This document shows positions 29,087-38,251 of a stretch of DNA of 64,000 nucleotides, in pieces. The stretch is from Escherichia phage vB_EcoM_FJ1: sequence record MZ170040.1; one strand, written 5' to 3'. The stretch's first letter is position 1, and each line of letters begins with the position of its first letter. The translations under genes were made by a program, and so were the position numbers. The notes beneath the pieces are model-generated. The model made no database searches. It saw only the letters and a list, made by a program, of their open reading frames with translations, and had not been told where the DNA came from.

Positions 29087-30111
29087 TAGTTCAGTGCATT
29101 TAGTGCATTGTTCAGTTTAGAACGTTGCTTTGTCAGATTTTGAACCCTTGACTGAGCTTGTTTTAACACCTTTTCAGCTTCTAGCACTTCATTAGTTGCT
29201 TTAACGAGTTCATCATCTACTGCCTTAAGAGACTTCTCAATCGCATCCGCGTGCCATTTTTCAACAGGTTTAAGACTCGGATTTTCAACAGGAAGAAAAT
29301 TCACTTTATTGAATTTCCATGCATCTTTATTACCTGAACTATACATCCAAAATTTAGGATCGTTTGATAAGTAATTGGATAAATTTAAATTTAAGTTATC
29401 TTGTACTTCCTGCTTTTTCTCTTGCGGGACTTCGTCCTTTCTCAAAAATTCATATTTAAATGAAACGATCATATCAAGTTCATATGATGTTGTATCTAAC
29501 TTAAATCGTTCAAAACGAGGTAAAATCTTAGATTGAACAGCAGCAACAACATCCATATACTTAAATGCTTCTGTCAACTGTGATTTAAGGCATTCACAAA
29601 TTGAAAGAGAATTTTTTGTATTAGGTTTAAAGCTAATTCGTGCAGTTCTATTATTTTCTTTTAACGGTCTTACTTCCATCTGAAGAGTATAACCATCAAA
29701 TTTCAGGTTCTTTAAGTTAATATCAGAACCTTTTAATCGACTAGCAGTAGACAAAATTTGCTTTAATTGTTTACGGAATAGAGCAATAAATCTCCATTCA
29801 AGACGATAATGATTTGGATTGAAAAATCCAGATGATAAATTGACCTTACTTTGACCAACGCCTTGAACAAATAGAGGATTTTTATAATCAATAGTTTTAC
29901 AGAAATCGGTGAGCTGCTCACGAGCAGTCATTTGTGTAATATATCCCGCTTTACTAAAATGACGTAACCATTCACTGCTATTCATATACTTAAAGTGAAT
30001 ATCACGATTAACTTTATCAGGGTCTAAATTATTTTGGCACAAAAATGTCATAACATCACGAGTATAGCTGGCATTACGAACCATATCTTCAATTTGAGAA
30101 CGAGTTTTCAT
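29086..30111 (-). CDS. hypothetical protein with C-terminal coiled coil (member 3)
   Basis: 341 aa; C-terminal ...EAEKVLKQAQSRVQNLTKQRSKLNNALNALN. Confidence 0.5.
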   Translation of the reverse strand: MKTRSQIEDMVRNASYTRDVMTFLCQNNLDPDKVNRDIHFKYMNSSEWLRHFSKAGYITQMTAREQLTDFCKTIDYKNPLFVQGVGQSKVNLSSGFFNPNHYRLEWRFIALFRKQLKQILSTASRLKGSDINLKNLKFDGYTLQMEVRPLKENNRTARISFKPNTKNSLSICECLKSQLTEAFKYMDVVAAVQSKILPRFERFKLDTTSYELDMIVSFKYEFLRKDEVPQEKKQEVQDNLNLNLSNYLSNDPKFWMYSSGNKDAWKFNKVNFLPVENPSLKPVEKWHADAIEKSLKAVDDELVKATNEVLEAEKVLKQAQSRVQNLTKQRSKLNNALNALN

Positions 30112-30119
30112 AGTGTTCC

Positions 30120-31022
30120 TTAAGATTTAAGTAAATCAACAATTTTAATTAATTTTTCACGCTCAGATTTAGCTTTACTACTCAATCCAGATAGTCTGAA
30201 AATTTCATCGTCATACTGTTGAATAGAAATATTCAGCTCTTCAATTTGCTTATTAAAATAATCAATTTGTTCAGAATGTTTTTCGTTACTACGAACTGGT
30301 ACAGGTTTTGTAGGCAATTTAGTTGAACTGGATTCATCCGGGCAATAAATTAAAATACAATTTGAACCAATCGGACATTTAGCACCAGACACATATTCTA
30401 ATGTTCCGGCTTCTTTTAAAACTTCAAAAGCTAAACAGAGATGATGCCCCATATTAACATAATCTGTAGAGTGAGCTCTGATGTAATAATCATCTCCACG
30501 AATACTAAATTTAAAGCATTTAAGGTCTTCTGTATTATTGGTCTTAAAAATCATTTGTTTATCTAGACCTTTAGCTAATCGAGCGCCTAATGCTAATAAT
30601 CGTCGTTGATTTTCCCACAAATCCGCAATCATTTGGTCAAATGATAATTTCGGCATTAGTCGACCATAAAGGTCATATCCTTTATTATAATTGCGAAGGA
30701 TTTCACTCGCATTAATACGAGACAACGCTCCAATTTTATTAAGGGCTTTCATAATGCGATTAGATAAACTCATTCCAGATCCGTTTGTTCGCTGTAAATG
30801 TTTTTCTAATCCAAATCCAATATCAACTTTAAACTTATCTAAAATTTCTGCATGAACATCTTTATCAATAACATTCAAATCCAAAGTTGGGTTAAATCTA
30901 TGAAAAAATTTATCTGGCTCTCCACGACGAAGTACAGTCCATTCATTTAATTTTTTATTAACTAAAGATTTAATTACTGCATTGACATTATTAATTACTA
31001 CTGACATATTTTCCTCACTCAA
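30120..31022 (-). CDS. hypothetical protein with C-terminal coiled coil (member 4)
   Basis: 300 aa; C-terminal ...IQQYDDEIFRLSGLSSKAKSEREKLIKIVDLLKS. Confidence 0.5.
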   Translation of the reverse strand: MSEENMSVVINNVNAVIKSLVNKKLNEWTVLRRGEPDKFFHRFNPTLDLNVIDKDVHAEILDKFKVDIGFGLEKHLQRTNGSGMSLSNRIMKALNKIGALSRINASEILRNYNKGYDLYGRLMPKLSFDQMIADLWENQRRLLALGARLAKGLDKQMIFKTNNTEDLKCFKFSIRGDDYYIRAHSTDYVNMGHHLCLAFEVLKEAGTLEYVSGAKCPIGSNCILIYCPDESSSTKLPTKPVPVRSNEKHSEQIDYFNKQIEELNISIQQYDDEIFRLSGLSSKAKSEREKLIKIVDLLKS

Positions 31023-31429
31023 TTTTCAATTTTAATTTTACTAAATACGCAGAATATGATGGAAAAGACTATATAAGCACCACACACAGATTGAACTAAT
31101 ACCATTCCAAAGAACCAAACAATATTATCAAACAATGTCTGTTTTACGTCGAAAGGACGTAAACTTACAGTAATATTATCATCTTTTTCTATTGAAGAAT
31201 ACATCTCTGGGGAAATATATTCGCTAAATCTATAACCGTCTTTGAGTTCATATACGGCAATAAACGATAAACTAGACCCTTTTCCTTGTGTTCCTGTAAT
31301 GGTATTAACTACAGTAACATCATAATCTTTATAATGCATATAATCATTAATTGCGTAATAACCATATGCAACTACTACACATAAACAACATATCAATAAA
31401 TTCAATCTTTTAATTATCAACTGTTTCAT
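31019..31429 (-). CDS. membrane protein (two TM segments)
   Basis: 136 aa with hydrophobic N- and C-terminal segments; overlaps the next gene by 4 nt. Confidence 0.5.
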   Translation of the reverse strand: MKQLIIKRLNLLICCLCVVVAYGYYAINDYMHYKDYDVTVVNTITGTQGKGSSLSFIAVYELKDGYRFSEYISPEMYSSIEKDDNITVSLRPFDVKQTLFDNIVWFFGMVLVQSVCGAYIVFSIIFCVFSKIKIEN

Positions 31430-31458
31430 AATAATCTCAATTAAAAGGGCTTAGAACC

Positions 31459-31482
31459 ATTATACCATCCTTGGTATAAAGC
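31459..31482 (-). promoter_or_regulatory. middle-type promoter (MotA-box-like plus TATAAT)
   Basis: Minus-strand GCTTTA at 31482-31477, 12 nt, TATAAT at 31464-31459. Confidence 0.4.
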
Positions 31483-31484
31483 GG

Positions 31485-32012
31485 TTATGCGAGTACCGTC
31501 TTTAACCGTTCTTCAAACTTCCGAAGAGTATTTTGGCGTTCAGCTCTTTGCTTTTTGTAAGTTTCAATACGCTCTGAAATGAGAGTGTATCGTTCATTTA
31601 CTGATTCTTTCATAAAATCAGGAATTTCACGAGAAGCTTTAATCTCATCAAATTTATCAATAACAGCTTGCTCTTCAGCAATTAAGTTATCATACATCAA
31701 AATATCTTTCTTGATGAACTCAATATCTTCTTGAGTTACACGAGATAATTTAGATGCTTTATCCTTTTTGTACTGTTCGTTAGTATCACGAGACCAATGT
31801 AATGTACGATTTTTATTCGTATTCTTGTAAATTTCTACAATACCAATCTCATCGATAATAACGATCCAATTCCAACGAGATTTGTAAATTTGTCCTCCAT
31901 CAACAGTGATTTCACCTCCGATTGAGATGTCATTAAAGAACTTGCTTTGTGCTTCTGATTTAAATTTACCATCGTTGTAATTTACCAGGTTGAAAATATC
32001 TTTAGCGTTCAT
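31485..32012 (-). CDS. hypothetical protein
   Basis: ATG at 32012 (MNAKDIFNLV...) with GGAGG upstream; the track start at 32072 lies inside the promoter. Confidence 0.5.
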   Translation of the reverse strand: MNAKDIFNLVNYNDGKFKSEAQSKFFNDISIGGEITVDGGQIYKSRWNWIVIIDEIGIVEIYKNTNKNRTLHWSRDTNEQYKKDKASKLSRVTQEDIEFIKKDILMYDNLIAEEQAVIDKFDEIKASREIPDFMKESVNERYTLISERIETYKKQRAERQNTLRKFEERLKTVLA

Positions 32013-32040
32013 TTTGTGTTCCTCCGTAGTTGATAGTTGT

Positions 32041-32070
32041 ATAGTACCACAGAGGAACGGTCTTGTAAAC
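32041..32070 (-). promoter_or_regulatory. early promoter (GTTTAC family)
   Basis: GTTTAC at 32070-32065, TACTAT at 32046-32041. Confidence 0.6.
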
Positions 32071-32072
32071 AA

Positions 32073-32387
32073 CTAAAAGAAACTTCTTTCACAATTTTTT
32101 CCACTGAACCATGCGCTCACTGCTTTCTTAGTCTCAGGAGCAGTATTATCCATAAACCATTCAAAGGCAGCCTTTTTATGATTCTGGAGGGCTTCTCGGG
32201 CTTTAATCTGCTCACGGTCTATTAACACTAACATATGAGCCTTTCTTGTCACCAAGGGCTTCTTATGATTCTTGGAGTATTCCCAGTCATTTGTCCAACG
32301 CATTGTCGTTGCGAACTGATGAACCGCGTCTTTAATTTTAGTTTCGTAAATTTCACGAGCCTTTGAGTATAACATCACTACCTCCAT
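32073..32387 (-). CDS. hypothetical protein
   Basis: 104-aa ORF. Confidence 0.45.
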   Translation of the reverse strand: MEVVMLYSKAREIYETKIKDAVHQFATTMRWTNDWEYSKNHKKPLVTRKAHMLVLIDREQIKAREALQNHKKAAFEWFMDNTAPETKKAVSAWFSGKNCERSFF

Positions 32388-32477
32388 TTACCAGTTTAAT
32401 TCTAGTCATCTTTTTGATGGCAGTCCATATAATCTATTTCTGAACTGCCTTTTTGTCTTAGAAGGCCTCTTATGAAT

Positions 32478-33446
32478 TTATTTCAGAAGAGTAACCTCAG
32501 CGATTTCTTGCCAACCGTTTTTGTCGGTCATAATAAAGTCAGCAAGATAAAGTGCAGTACGCAGTGAAACATTGCGTAAACGGTTAACATTGACTTTCAT
32601 CCATGATAATGCTTTATAAGTTTCTTCATCAGAAAGACCGCGCTTTTGCATCATGTCGGTTGAAAGAATAACATCTTCAACCCTGACCATAATTTCTTCA
32701 TTAGTGTGAACACCCAAATCTAAATAAACTGAGCGGGACACTAATGCTTGTAAATGTGGAGCAAGTTTAGTACCACGGTCTAATTCGCGGTCAATGTCAA
32801 CGTTTGTGATAAAAACAATCGTTCCTTTAAATTCAAACTCACGCTCAATGCCTTTTTCTTCTAAGTAAGAAGATGCAGTGCTCCAGCAGACTTTACGGGT
32901 CTCTCCGGTGTCCAGAGCGGCTTTTAGAAGATTAAGAATGTCCATATCAGAGAAAACATCCACATCATCAATCAAAAGGACAGAATTCTCTTCACGATTA
33001 TTCCAAAGCTGTTCATAAAGACCGATACCAGAGATTTTACCGTTAATGCTTTTATATTCAATGTATCCAATATCATTTGCTTTATTTAAAGCTTTATCTA
33101 AAGAATACGTTTTACCAATACCCGCCGCACCAGAGATAATTAATGAACGAATATTTCCATTAATAATACCATTCGTCATCATTCCCATAACATTAAATCT
33201 TTTATTAATGCGGGTTTTCATATCTTCATACGATTCTTTAACTTCTTCAACTTTTACACCATCATATGAAATGTCTGATTTGTAAACCCAAACACCGCGA
33301 CGTTTACCGTCAATTTCAACAAAAACTTTACCATCTCCTTGTGCATCTACCGGAGCATTATCTGGGAACCATTCGCCTAAGAGCTCAAAAGTTCCAGAGA
33401 TTTCTTTACCGAAGTAGATACCCTTATTGATAGTTACAGTTTTCAT
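32478..33446 (-). CDS. P-loop NTPase (AAA-like)
   Basis: 322 aa; Walker A GAAGIGKTY, Walker B VLLIDDVD; ATG at 33446 with GGAG upstream. Confidence 0.6.
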   Translation of the reverse strand: MKTVTINKGIYFGKEISGTFELLGEWFPDNAPVDAQGDGKVFVEIDGKRRGVWVYKSDISYDGVKVEEVKESYEDMKTRINKRFNVMGMMTNGIINGNIRSLIISGAAGIGKTYSLDKALNKANDIGYIEYKSINGKISGIGLYEQLWNNREENSVLLIDDVDVFSDMDILNLLKAALDTGETRKVCWSTASSYLEEKGIEREFEFKGTIVFITNVDIDRELDRGTKLAPHLQALVSRSVYLDLGVHTNEEIMVRVEDVILSTDMMQKRGLSDEETYKALSWMKVNVNRLRNVSLRTALYLADFIMTDKNGWQEIAEVTLLK

Positions 33447-33464
33447 TTTATTCTCCTTTGATTT

Positions 33465-33492
33465 GATAGGACTACTATAACATAGTCCTATC
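33465..33492. repeat. perfect 10-bp inverted repeat (hairpin, 8-nt loop)
   Basis: GATAGGACTA-ctataaca-TAGTCCTATC, about 19 nt upstream of the NTPase ATG; no U-tract follows on the minus strand. Confidence 0.6.
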
Positions 33493-33503
33493 AGTTTGTA
33501 TAC

Positions 33504-33704
33504 TTATTTTGACATTTCTTCGATGTCACGACGATACCCGTCACGAACTTCACGAAGAGCTTCAAGGCCACACATAGGCTCGATACCAGTAATGTGAACT
33601 TGATTAATCTGATACTCTACATCTTCTAACTGAGCGAAAACATAACGACGTTCAGCTGCACAACCAGATTTAGCTTTACCGAAACGTTTATTCAAAGTAG
33701 TCAT
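33504..33704 (-). CDS. hypothetical protein
   Basis: 66-aa ORF. Confidence 0.4.
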   Translation of the reverse strand: MTTLNKRFGKAKSGCAAERRYVFAQLEDVEYQINQVHITGIEPMCGLEALREVRDGYRRDIEEMSK

Positions 33705-33742
33705 TTTGTATCTCCAATTTACTCATTTGTTTTGATAGGTCT

Positions 33743-33772
33743 ATAGTATCAACAACTACAGACCATGTAAAC
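33743..33772 (-). promoter_or_regulatory. early promoter (GTTTAC family)
   Basis: GTTTAC at 33772-33767, TACTAT at 33748-33743. Confidence 0.55.
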
Positions 33773-33775
33773 AAT

Positions 33776-34039
33776 TTATTTTAATTTTCGCCAAATTTTT
33801 ACTGCTTCTCGCCTCGATACTTCTACGGCGCCAAGTTCTATAGCTTTTTGACGACGACTTGCACGTAAGTCATAATGTTTAATGCGTTTATCTTGAAACC
33901 AAGAACGTTTCATTCCTATTGCTTCTGCCATTTCGTGAAGCTCTTCAATATCTCCATCAGTGAACATATGACAATTTTTAGTTGGATGACCGCGAAGTTT
34001 CCATCCATGATTCATTAAAACATCTACGTAAACTGTCAT
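33776..34039 (-). CDS. conserved phage protein (DUF4031-like)
   Basis: 87 aa, MTVYVDVLMNHGWKLRGHPTKNCHMFTD...RSWFQ...HYDL pattern typical of a small conserved phage family. Confidence 0.45.
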   Translation of the reverse strand: MTVYVDVLMNHGWKLRGHPTKNCHMFTDGDIEELHEMAEAIGMKRSWFQDKRIKHYDLRASRRQKAIELGAVEVSRREAVKIWRKLK

Positions 34040-34185
34040 TGATTCTTCTCCAAATAAGTTTCGATAATTTTCTGGGCGAGATAAACCGCGTTATCTTCAG
34101 TTGCGTCTTCTAAGAAACTTTCAAAACACTCTGAAATTTCTTCTGTATCAATCAACTTTTTTACTTCAATTGGTGTAATTTTCAT
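34036..34185 (-). CDS. small acidic protein (49 aa)
   Basis: ATG at 34185; stop overlaps the next start as ATGA; below the ORF-track cutoff. Confidence 0.3.
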   Translation of the reverse strand: MKITPIEVKKLIDTEEISECFESFLEDATEDNAVYLAQKIIETYLEKNQ

Positions 34186-34221
34186 TTTGTTTTCCGTTTA
34201 AGTGTTTGTTTTGATAGTTGT

Positions 34222-34251
34222 ATAGTACCATAAAGCTTTATGCTTGTAAAC
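34222..34251 (-). promoter_or_regulatory. early promoter (GTTTAC family)
   Basis: GTTTAC at 34251-34246, TACTAT at 34227-34222. Confidence 0.55.
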
Positions 34252-34281
34252 AGTTTTGTGAAAAATTTTTGAAATAAAAAA

Positions 34282-34299
34282 GGGAGCCCGAAGGCTCCC
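34282..34299 (-). terminator. GC-stem GNRA-loop hairpin
   Basis: GGGAGCC-CGAA-GGCTCCC directly after the 34302 ORF stop. Confidence 0.55.
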
Positions 34300-34301
34300 T
34301 A

Positions 34302-35315
34302 TCATTTATAATAGCTTCGGTGGTTTTCAAGATAAACCTTCTCAAGGAAGTCATCCCAGAAACCCATGTCTACTTTTTGCTGCATACCGTTCTTAGAAGC
34401 TTCAGTAGATGCTGCTTCTACTTGATCGACCACATCTTCCAAAAACTCTTGAACTGTTTTAAATGGATGTTTACCCAACTTCACGTCGAGAATAAATGGA
34501 GCATCTTGGAGTGGATAAACCAAGTCACCAGTTTTGTAAATTTCCAATAGTTGGAGTCCACCACGGCAGGCATGGCTCAGAGCTTTCCAGTCAATGCCTT
34601 CATTGGCTTCGGCCTTACGAGCGCGTTCACCGTATTCAGCATCTAATTTGTTCAGTGACTGCTTAAGCTCAATAAGAGAAAGCGTTGTCTGATATTTACG
34701 ACCCAACACAGTGTAGAACATTTGTGGGCCTGTTTTCTCATGATTATGGAACACCCATTCACAGAATTCGTTTTCTGGAAGACGATGCTTAATATCTTCA
34801 ACTTTAGTACGACGCTGCTTAATAGAACCATCTTCTTGGTAATCAATCCATTGCTCAGGGATTTGATTAACTACTTTCAATACATCACGTAATGCAGCCA
34901 AACGAGAACCCTTGACGCCATATTTAGAAGCTTGCTTACGGACATATCCTAAATAGGATTTCATGTTAGTCGTATAAAAACGAGAACGGTTGTCTTGAAT
35001 AAACTTCCACACATCAGGCAAATCAGATTTAACCACTAGTTCAGGTGGAGTGTGAAGCATATCCAATGCTACGGTTTCACCATCTGCTGCTAATTTAAAG
35101 AAATATTTAAGACTGTATAGTTCATGGTCAATATCATCTTTAGTGTTTTTAGATGATGTGTTGTTAGTGTTTTTACTCATATGCTCTTTAACATTTCCGA
35201 TAAGAATATCGCGAGCAGGAGGAACAAAGATTTCTTTAAAATCTACATCAGATTCTGGGGTAGAAGTTCCATAAAGATGACTACCAAAATAGCTTTTCAT
35301 TACTGTTTTCATCAT
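34302..35315 (-). CDS. nucleotidyltransferase-fold protein (Pol-beta-like GS...DxD)
   Basis: 337 aa; N-terminal FGSHLYGTSTPESDVDF fits the hG[GS]x9-13DxD minimal NTase signature; helical C-terminal domain. Confidence 0.55.
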   Translation of the reverse strand: MMKTVMKSYFGSHLYGTSTPESDVDFKEIFVPPARDILIGNVKEHMSKNTNNTSSKNTKDDIDHELYSLKYFFKLAADGETVALDMLHTPPELVVKSDLPDVWKFIQDNRSRFYTTNMKSYLGYVRKQASKYGVKGSRLAALRDVLKVVNQIPEQWIDYQEDGSIKQRRTKVEDIKHRLPENEFCEWVFHNHEKTGPQMFYTVLGRKYQTTLSLIELKQSLNKLDAEYGERARKAEANEGIDWKALSHACRGGLQLLEIYKTGDLVYPLQDAPFILDVKLGKHPFKTVQEFLEDVVDQVEAASTEASKNGMQQKVDMGFWDDFLEKVYLENHRSYYK

Positions 35316-35785
35316 TCAGCCTTATATTCAATAACAGGACATACTTTAGCTTTACGAGCTTTTAAAAATTCGACGATAATCGATTTCTTAGGTTGAATAG
35401 GAGGTAAACCTTTATACGCCCTATCAATATTTTCTACGTGTAAAGCATAATCCTTTTTCCATTTATAATCTTTATATTTTTCACGCAGTTGTGCAGGAAT
35501 AACAAATGAACCGATAATAAGTAAAACAAGCAAAATGGCAAGTATAAATGCTGATGGAATAAGAGTCCATAAACTACCAAAAATAAGCCATTTCTGCATG
35601 ATTTCTGCGCAGATAATAGTTAGACCTACGAGTATAGTACATCCGAAAAAAGAAACGAAAAATGTAGGAATAACAATAGACCAAAAATACGCGCACAGTG
35701 TCTTAGGTCGTTGCCATTCATCGTTAAACAATTTGAATAATTTATAGTGCCAAGAGTTTTCATTAATAATCATAATTATAATCAT
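35312..35785 (-). CDS. membrane protein (about four TM segments)
   Basis: 157 aa with multiple hydrophobic helices; stop overlaps the NTase-fold gene start by 4 nt. Confidence 0.5.
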   Translation of the reverse strand: MIIIMIINENSWHYKLFKLFNDEWQRPKTLCAYFWSIVIPTFFVSFFGCTILVGLTIICAEIMQKWLIFGSLWTLIPSAFILAILLVLLIIGSFVIPAQLREKYKDYKWKKDYALHVENIDRAYKGLPPIQPKKSIIVEFLKARKAKVCPVIEYKAE

Positions 35786-36303
35786 CCTTTCATTGAAGGC
35801 GTAACGGTTGTTAAATACTTAATCATAGCTTCAGCTTCTGATTTTGATAATGAAATTTCTCCATTGTTTTGACGAATAGAAATAAAATCCGGATGACGGT
35901 CACCACCGGCTTTTAAAACACACATATAAGTATCAGTTTCATCTTCAATATTTGAAATGATTGAAGCAGTTCCACACGAATGTGGTTTTTGATAAATCAA
36001 TACAGCTTTTCTTCCACCATTTGACTGTTCATAAACTTTTAATACATCAAACAAATCACTTCTTTTATCAATAGCTAAAATGTTGTTTTCATCTTCAATG
36101 TTAAATCCTTCGGATACTTCATAAAGTGTCACCCATAAATCACCTATATCGATAGTAGCATTTTCCTTTCCATGACTTTCAAGAGCATGACAAATTTTCT
36201 TGATTTCGTCATAACTCATTTTAATAATATCATCTCCTTGACTAAGAAAGATGTCATTTTTAAATTCAACACGAATTAAACCGCTTCCACTTGAAATAAA
36301 CAT
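35782..36303 (-). CDS. hypothetical protein (tandem paralog A)
   Basis: 173 aa; C-terminal ...KSEAEAMIKYLTTVTPSMKG resembles the C-terminus of the next ORF. Confidence 0.5.
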   Translation of the reverse strand: MFISSGSGLIRVEFKNDIFLSQGDDIIKMSYDEIKKICHALESHGKENATIDIGDLWVTLYEVSEGFNIEDENNILAIDKRSDLFDVLKVYEQSNGGRKAVLIYQKPHSCGTASIISNIEDETDTYMCVLKAGGDRHPDFISIRQNNGEISLSKSEAEAMIKYLTTVTPSMKG

Positions 36304-36309
36304 ATTTCC

Positions 36310-36852
36310 TCACTTTGAAATCATAGTTGGAATGACAGAATCAAGATAAGTCTTTAACGCAATAGCTTCGTCTTTGGTAAATGTGACAATATGCGCTCGA
36401 AAATCATCAATTTGACGAATAGTTAAGACATCTCCATCTTCATAACATTTTGATACATTTAAAACAGTTTCATCATTCTGATCGCACTGATCGCAAGCGT
36501 TAGTAATAATAGCATTGCAATTTTTAAGCCATTTTAAACTATGTTTTCTTTCATTAGAATAATAAAAATATTTAATGTAAGTTATAAAATTATCCCAATT
36601 ATTAATTGATAAGCATATTGACTCGCTTTCAATGTTAAATCCTGGGCATAAAGAATAGAAATGAATTTTATGCTCATCATTAATGCTTACAATTTTATCA
36701 GTGTAAGGTTTTTCAATTTGGGTTAAATGAATAATTTCGCTAGGCGTAAAATATAGCATATCGTCTTCTTGCGTCAAACGATACATATTATTTACTTTTT
36801 CTATAGCCAATTCACCAAAAAATGAACTAACTTCTAATACTAATCGTTTCAT
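36310..36852 (-). CDS. hypothetical protein (tandem paralog B)
   Basis: 180 aa; C-terminal ...KDEAIALKTYLDSVIPTMISK. Confidence 0.5.
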   Translation of the reverse strand: MKRLVLEVSSFFGELAIEKVNNMYRLTQEDDMLYFTPSEIIHLTQIEKPYTDKIVSINDEHKIHFYSLCPGFNIESESICLSINNWDNFITYIKYFYYSNERKHSLKWLKNCNAIITNACDQCDQNDETVLNVSKCYEDGDVLTIRQIDDFRAHIVTFTKDEAIALKTYLDSVIPTMISK

Positions 36853-36853
36853 A

Positions 36854-37132
36854 TTAATCCTTTTTATTTGCGCTGATTTGTTCTAAAATTTTAGAGTATT
36901 CCTTTGTATCAGATTTACGTACAATTGATACACTATAAGGCATACTATCGGTGTCTTTTATAAAGCGTTCCAAATGACACTCTAACAAAATTTCTGGATT
37001 ATAAATCGTGTACATCAAATTACCTGTTGCTCCACGATATTGGCAGATTTCTACTGATTGAACACCATTCCATAATTTTGTTAAAACTAAGTCACCTACT
37101 TCTAATTTAGGAAAACTCATATTATTCACCAA
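36854..37132 (-). CDS. hypothetical protein
   Basis: 92-aa ORF. Confidence 0.45.
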   Translation of the reverse strand: MVNNMSFPKLEVGDLVLTKLWNGVQSVEICQYRGATGNLMYTIYNPEILLECHLERFIKDTDSMPYSVSIVRKSDTKEYSKILEQISANKKD

Positions 37133-37307
37133 TTAAAGTTTCAATATAAGAATCAAGATTTACTTTAGCTTCTTCCATAAGAGTTTTGTATTTAATCTTG
37201 TTAGCATGTCCGGAGAAAGCTGATTCATCAATAATTGTTGATGTATGAACAGCTTTACTATACGTCTCAATTAATTCTCTTAATTTAAAAGCCTGCTCAC
37301 TTGTCAT
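37122..37307 (-). CDS. hypothetical protein
   Basis: 61-aa ORF. Confidence 0.4.
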   Translation of the reverse strand: MTSEQAFKLRELIETYSKAVHTSTIIDESAFSGHANKIKYKTLMEEAKVNLDSYIETLIGE

Positions 37308-37439
37308 TACATACTCCTTTGAATAATATCAATAATGTTGTTCACCAGATTATAAGTAAACATTGGGTAATTATATTGAATCATCACATACACAACAAAC
37401 AAAACTTTCATTCTCTTCTCCTTGGCAGTTGACAAGATT

Positions 37440-37469
37440 ACTATACCATAACCTTGCCAACTTGTAAAC
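37440..37469 (-). promoter_or_regulatory. early promoter (GTTTAC, 18 nt, TATAGT)
   Basis: GTTTAC at 37469-37464, TATAGT at 37445-37440. Confidence 0.55.
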
Positions 37470-37634
37470 CATTAAATGACGTTTTCAATAAAATTCTGAA
37501 GCTTTGTGTGAGCATCAACCATGATTTTCATTTCTTCTTTGGCGAAAGCTGTACCTCTTTCCCGAGCAGAATACTCATAGTCAGAAACTGCGTTAGCATA
37601 TTCTTCAATTAGTTTCATTAAAAACATCTGCTTT

Positions 37635-37829
37635 TCAGTTTTCATTATTCCACCTAATCATTTCAAGATATTGAACTAACTTAGCTTTAGATTTATCCAA
37701 ATCCTTTTTAGCTGCTGCTATACCTTCGTATGAATATCCTTCACAGTGCTCAACTGCTAATTGATATGAATCTATTTCAATATCACGTGCTAATTTAATG
37801 ATTTTTTCAAACTGTTCGCGTGTTAGCAT
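37635..37829 (-). CDS. hypothetical protein
   Basis: 64-aa ORF. Confidence 0.4.
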   Translation of the reverse strand: MLTREQFEKIIKLARDIEIDSYQLAVEHCEGYSYEGIAAAKKDLDKSKAKLVQYLEMIRWNNEN

Positions 37830-37831
37830 AC

Positions 37832-38071
37832 TTAAACTCTCGTATTATGATCGATAATTTCATCAAGAAACATATCTAACGCTTCTACAGCATTATTAAC
37901 TTTATCTTCAAGTTCTTCAATACTTTTATTTGCAATTCCTGACGAAAACCAAGCAAAGTCACTAAGTTCCTCATCTGCTTTACGAATTAAAGCTACCAAT
38001 TCCTTAATTTTATCCGCTTGTTCGATACTAATCATTATTCTACCACATATGAAAGAGAGAATATTGCACAC
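37832..38071 (-). CDS. hypothetical acidic protein
   Basis: 79-aa ORF. Confidence 0.4.
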
Positions 38072-38223
38072 GCCATGTGAGTTGCAACTTCATCACACAT
38101 ATTATAACGTTTCTTAAGAAGTTCTACAAGTTCTTCACTAGTAACTTCATCCATGTCGACGAAAAAATCACCATTAATGATGACGTAGATATTTCCTTCT
38201 TGATTAAGTGCTTCAATTTTCAT
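38035..38223 (-). CDS. hypothetical protein
   Basis: ATG at 38223 with AGAGGAG upstream; the track start lies inside the promoter. Confidence 0.4.
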
Positions 38224-38251
38224 GATGTTCTCCTCTTTATCTGATAGTTGT

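Noticed and set aside
33465-33492. The 10-bp inverted repeat as a rho-independent terminator
   Set aside because: No U-tract follows the hairpin on the transcribed strand and it sits directly 5' of a ribosome-binding site, so it is reported as a possible regulatory hairpin rather than a terminator.
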